From assembly GCA_043228905.1 (NCBI GenBank), contig JBHGNT010000004.1, positions 14,198,001-14,262,000 on the forward strand: a stretch of 64,000 nt of DNA, in the 5' to 3' direction. Positions 60,601 to 64,000 of this stretch are shown here, one piece after another (the stretch's first letter is position 1; each line of letters starts with the position of its first letter). Made by a program: the position numbers and the translations under genes. The notes below the pieces were generated by a model. That model had not been told where the DNA came from and made no database searches. It saw only the letters and a list, made by a program, of their open reading frames with translations. This stretch comes from Azolla caroliniana (Eukaryota > Plantae > Polypodiophyta).

Positions 60601-63513
60601 GCGAAGGAATTGCCGAAGGAGGAAAAACAGGCAATGGTAGCACTGTTAACGGATTTCAAGGACGTGTTCGCATGGTCATACGAAGACATGCGAGGGTTGG
60701 ACCCCCAGCTCTACCAGCACCAAATTCATCTAAGTACTGACGCGAAACCCATCGCTCAACGTCGGTACCGGATGAATCCAAACTATGCGGCAAAGGTGAA
60801 GGAGGAAATTGACAAGCTCCTCCGGGTCGGATTTATCCGACCAGTCAAGCAGGCAACCTGGCTAAGCCCGATAGTGGTGGTCCCGAAAAAGAACGGCAAA
60901 ATCCGGGTATGTGTGGACTACAGGAAACTAAATGCCGCGACAGTGACCGACGCTTTTCCACTACCATTCACGGACGGAGTGCTAGATGCGGTGGCCGGCC
61001 ACGAAGTTTACAGCTTCCTGGACGGATTCAGCGGCTACAACCAAATCCGAATGAACCCGGCCGACCAAGAGAAAACAGCGTTCGTGACGGAATGGGGAGT
61101 GTTCGTCGCGGTCGTGATGATGTTCGGATTAAAGACAGCCCCTGCAACATTTCAAAGGATAATTATGGAAATCTTCGGTGATTTTATTCCCGGTTTTATG
61201 CAGGTCTTCCTAGACGATTTCGCCGTCTACAGCCGACACGGAGAGCATCTCGATCACCTACGACTATGCTTAGAAAAGTGCCGCGAGTACCGATTAAGTC
61301 TGAACCCGGCTAAGTGCGTCTTTGGAGTCGCAAGCGGCAACTTGTTAGGCCACGTGGTGAGTCGGGAAGGAATCGCGGTAGATCCGGATAAGGTAAAAGC
61401 AATTCTCGATGCACCGGCACCGAATAGCGCAAAGGCTTTAAGCCGATTCCTTGGTCAAATAAGGTGGCATAGTCGGATGATACGGCACCTTGCCGACTTT
61501 GCGACACCATTGCACGCTGCTGTACATAGAGTACCTTTCCAATGGACAGAAACAGAGGAGGCAGCCTACCAAGCATTGAAGGTCATGCTGTCACAAGCTC
61601 CGGTGGTGCAGCCGCCGGACTGGAGTAAAAGCTTTCACGTCTTCGTCGACGCGTCGGACGTAGCAATCGGCAGTGTTTTGATGCAACTCACGGAACCGAA
61701 ATGGTATCGGCCAGTGTACTACGCAAGCAGGAAACTCTCGAAAGCCGAACGGAACTACTCTACAACGGAACGAGAGGCATTAGGAATGGTGTACAGTGTC
61801 ACAAAGTACAGGCACTATCTGCTCGGACGAAAGTTCTCTTTCCACGTTGACCACTCGGCACTACTCTACCTGGTCTCAAAGGCAGCCCTGACAGGAAAAC
61901 TCGCACGGTGGACGCTGCTATTACAGGAATTCGAATTCGACATTTTCCACCGACCCGGGGTGCAGCATGCGGTAGCAGACTACCTGAGCAGACTAGAATC
62001 CGGAGAATCAAGGGACGGCGTACAGGACGAATTTCCCGACGCCGAGCTGTTTAAGGTCATGACGGCACCGGCAACGGAGACCACAGTAGCAGACGAAGAC
62101 AAATGGTTAACCGAAATGCATCAGTTCCTGAGCACCGGAGTTCCCCCGGAAAACCTGGACCGAGACGAACGGAAAAGGATGGCAGTACGGAGCAGACATT
62201 TCTGCTTGGTAGGAGACACCCTCTATCACAAGGGGGCAGATGGCGTATGGAGGCGAGCAGTGCGGAGCGATGAAAAGGATCTGATCCTGAGGGAAGCCCA
62301 CTGTGGAATTGCAGGCGGGCATTATGCCGGCGAAACAACAGCCCGGAAGATATGGCAGAGCGGACTATGGTGGCCGACTACCATGAGAGATGCCGTTAAG
62401 TATAGCAGGGAATGCGACCTGTGTCAACGACTGGGCCAACCCACGGAGCAGGCCCGGATGCCACATCACCCGGTCTTGCCATTAGAACCATTCCAAAAGT
62501 GGGGCTTGGACTTTGTCGGCCCCTTTAAGCCACCGGCAATGCGGACCGGAAATCGGTATATAATAGTGGCTACCGACTACTGCACCAAATGGGTAGAAGC
62601 AAAGGCACTACGGGACAACACGGCGGCGTCCACGGCCAAATTTTTATATGAATGCATATGGTGTCGGTACGGATGCCCGATTGAGCTGATCAGTGACCAG
62701 GGAGGACATTTTCTCGGGCAGGTGGTGGAAAGTTTGACATCATTCTATGCGGTAGTACACAAACGAAGCACTCCCTACTACCCTCAAGCCAACGGATTAG
62801 TGGAATCAACAAACAAAACGCTACAGAACATCCTTAGAAAAATCGTTAATGAGAACCGGACCGACTGGGACACGAAGTTGCAGAGCGTGCTGTGGGCGTA
62901 CCGAACGGCGTACAAGACCAGCATCCGGACGACCCCGTTCCGACTGGCATTCGGCTTGGAAGCAGTCATGCCAGTAGAATTCCAAATTCCTAGCTTAAGA
63001 ATACAGGTTAAGGAGCGGTTAAGCGAGAAGGAATCCGAACGAATCCGGTTGAAGATGCTGTTAGAACTGGAAGAAAATCGAATAGCCAGCCTGCTACAGC
63101 TAGAACTAGAGCAAAGGAGGAGGAAAGCCTTTGTAGACCGACACCGGCGCGGTAACGAAAAGGAATTCGAGGTCGGGAAACCGGTATTACTGTTCCAGAC
63201 AAGGATGGGGAGCATGCCAGGGAAATTGCGATTTCGGTGGACCGGACCATTCTGGATCACAAAGGAGTACAATGGGTCTTACCAGCTCGGGACGTTGTCA
63301 GGAGAAGTTGTGGGCAAATGGGCAAATGGTTTTCGCCTAAAACCGTATAAGGGGCACATGCCAGCTAACCCCTTCAAGCAAGAACCGGACATCCTGAATG
63401 GCGAGGAACCGACGCAGATACGGAGGACCGAGGAGCCGATACCGACGCGTAACAACGAGGAACCGACAACAGGTCGCACCAACCCGAACACATCGGGGGG
63501 AACCGAACAATGA
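57649..63513 (+). CDS. Gypsy gag-pol polyprotein, 1954 aa (first likely ATG near 57733)
   Basis: Zinc knuckles CTTC..H..C, CMIC..H..C and CYYCRKEGH..C; IIDGGSG protease; FLDGFSGYNQI and FLDDF RT; VDASD..TEREAL RNase H; HHCC, LDFVGP, SDQG, QANGLVE and WTGPF integrase. Confidence 0.95.
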   Translation: MLRLVQPYIQHYFGDHDSCKVQRTTGGWMSRQNNDHITERGRRHAERQRRREALQQAVDEIRRDRSFSKTLRQIAEDALQFQVLQASDEGSSITSLQEAETLLQTLAGGDGDAAAFATLEADSDSGESMRSRYKSSHENNPFESDHSATSEPEEEITLEFGDRQSLRREERLSTPPAEEPQERLSTPPAEEPQERIPTPLAEEPQERRPTSEEPAQENQWDDTMPYPYPKYRDEPDGEAHVYAFLRTWEANHVSQRLTEPEADRSKVAEFGMTLEGPAARWHDKHLPGSFATFEALKTQFLRLFHRRVEQRELVGQFYTTRQGENETVPQFIIRFQTLHSQLARAPPEEEAKVVFLAALKDPLRAMCGILDFSTSTMDQVIDRVLEMDNTSSFLPMGALHQALPKEEDLRFRQALQCTTCLNSGHSTVDCTLRAQCMICNSRAHTTNQCEYNLLTRQAAPVRHIEPRNRDPEEDRFRRDDRYRRERGDRYPDRRRDSYDREENRRDSYPRDRYDREENRRDSYPRDRYDRDESPEYERRREERRPRNRNFRRNQRRGFFRREERREATRNDKPVAAPENRKTEDNRRGMPLPQTWEKGESSNTHRVYCYYCRKEGHYSNQCPSKTADKQPAVNMVTAEVQQVTTRSKGKAAEWEAQEAIRKQAAQWIKEANEQGAAEVRNQNMPREEEIVQPGENPTWQALQDCQIVLPLARLLQLVPRFTADLQAAVSKPTPTPAPAFFSNPEEGPAVVDTSSPAITTIVKGKEIPGTIIDGGSGVNVISRQTCDDLGIQEWEPCPFWLRMADTSSVRPTGLIRDLEVTIGGHVFRISAVVLELNVQGAYPLLLGRPWLRTAHIKQNWQKNMITFRRGKTKVRVATQPRVLTSKEATPLYAESINMLEGLPDEEVDRYLEEHPQIVPLFEVDITAAVEPYITMPDEPDKVAIRELRQAQEALEREMTISQRVKASQLEEVDLGTTEQPRPVKVAKELPKEEKQAMVALLTDFKDVFAWSYEDMRGLDPQLYQHQIHLSTDAKPIAQRRYRMNPNYAAKVKEEIDKLLRVGFIRPVKQATWLSPIVVVPKKNGKIRVCVDYRKLNAATVTDAFPLPFTDGVLDAVAGHEVYSFLDGFSGYNQIRMNPADQEKTAFVTEWGVFVAVVMMFGLKTAPATFQRIIMEIFGDFIPGFMQVFLDDFAVYSRHGEHLDHLRLCLEKCREYRLSLNPAKCVFGVASGNLLGHVVSREGIAVDPDKVKAILDAPAPNSAKALSRFLGQIRWHSRMIRHLADFATPLHAAVHRVPFQWTETEEAAYQALKVMLSQAPVVQPPDWSKSFHVFVDASDVAIGSVLMQLTEPKWYRPVYYASRKLSKAERNYSTTEREALGMVYSVTKYRHYLLGRKFSFHVDHSALLYLVSKAALTGKLARWTLLLQEFEFDIFHRPGVQHAVADYLSRLESGESRDGVQDEFPDAELFKVMTAPATETTVADEDKWLTEMHQFLSTGVPPENLDRDERKRMAVRSRHFCLVGDTLYHKGADGVWRRAVRSDEKDLILREAHCGIAGGHYAGETTARKIWQSGLWWPTTMRDAVKYSRECDLCQRLGQPTEQARMPHHPVLPLEPFQKWGLDFVGPFKPPAMRTGNRYIIVATDYCTKWVEAKALRDNTAASTAKFLYECIWCRYGCPIELISDQGGHFLGQVVESLTSFYAVVHKRSTPYYPQANGLVESTNKTLQNILRKIVNENRTDWDTKLQSVLWAYRTAYKTSIRTTPFRLAFGLEAVMPVEFQIPSLRIQVKERLSEKESERIRLKMLLELEENRIASLLQLELEQRRRKAFVDRHRRGNEKEFEVGKPVLLFQTRMGSMPGKLRFRWTGPFWITKEYNGSYQLGTLSGEVVGKWANGFRLKPYKGHMPANPFKQEPDILNGEEPTQIRRTEEPIPTRNNEEPTTGRTNPNTSGGTEQ

Positions 63514-63788
63514 TGCGGCATATGTAAAAAAAAAAAAAAAAAAAATGATGACGTGGTGCTACGGTCAAGAAAATTCAAGACAAGAAGATCAAGAAAATCA
63601 TGGTAATGATGAAGGAGGTAGTTACAACCGTCACACGGGTGCACGAGCTATTTAAAGCACAGAACGTGGGGGGCCGAGGTACAGGATTTAAAACGCGCGT
63701 CAATTAAGGAGTCATAATGACAGACACGTAGGAGATTCGACACACGCGGCAAAGAAGCGCAAGCATGACACGCGGCAGCAAAGGACAG

Positions 63789-63915
63789 ACATACTATTCA
63801 TGACACAGCATGCGCAGGCGCCAAAAATAGGGCATGCTATTCATGACAGAGCATGCGCAGGCGCCAAAAATAGGACATGCTATTCAAGGCAGAACACGTG
63901 CAGCCGCCAAAATTA
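63789..63915 (+). repeat. About 43-bp tandem repeats (3 copies) in the 3' UTR of element I
   Basis: CATGCTATTCATGACAGAGCATGCGCAGGCGCCAAAAATAGG-like units. Confidence 0.75.
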
Positions 63916-64000
63916 AAGAGTGACATGCTAATTATGGCAGGGGACGCGCGAAAAACAGGAAAAGGCGGCTCGAGGGAAACGCCACTATATAAAGGAAGAA

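Larger units (their letters stand above)
57308..64000 (+). mobile_element. Young non-chromoviral Ty3/gypsy element I (Phygy/Selgy/Athila-related); 3' LTR beyond the window
   Basis: Starts TGTTG inside the host GIG|W codons. Putative LTR 57308-57604 (TGTT...AACA, TATAAAA near 57487), followed by an intact polyprotein. Confidence 0.88.

Noticed and set aside
63526-63545. A20 tract as the tail of a retroposed insertion
   Set aside because: No TSD or separate body is visible; it is likely part of the 3' UTR of element I.

Overview
This is eukaryotic DNA, most likely repeat-dense heterochromatin of a non-seed land plant (bryophyte, lycophyte or fern; inferred from the retroelement lineages). No host gene is recognisable. 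The window is a stack of nested retroelements, up to about 7 levels deep, which can be resolved from TG...CA termini and target-site duplications (TSDs). It contains three degraded Tcn1/Tf1-like Ty3/gypsy elements and three LINE fragments. It also holds a tRNA-Trp-primed gypsy clade (three elements plus a solo LTR, 4-bp TSDs) and an integrase-only deletion derivative. There are two groups of Ty1/copia elements, including an intact 1347-aa copy inserted into the LTR of a sister copy, and an intact 1954-aa gypsy polyprotein running to the right edge. The most unusual signals are: (1) all three divergent Tcn1-like LTRs begin with an antisense tRNA-like A-box/B-box module and appear to self-prime instead of using a tRNA PBS; (2) a circularly permuted copia segment that looks like a re-integrated autointegration circle, flanked by a 1.1-kb direct duplication; (3) two independent Trp-gypsy insertions at ACGG within 17 nt of each other in homologous RT sequence; (4) a 205-bp LTR fold-back; (5) a duplicated PPT with a charged tail after RNase H and a conserved PPT/U3 hairpin in one copia group. 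All coordinates and mismatch counts were read by eye.
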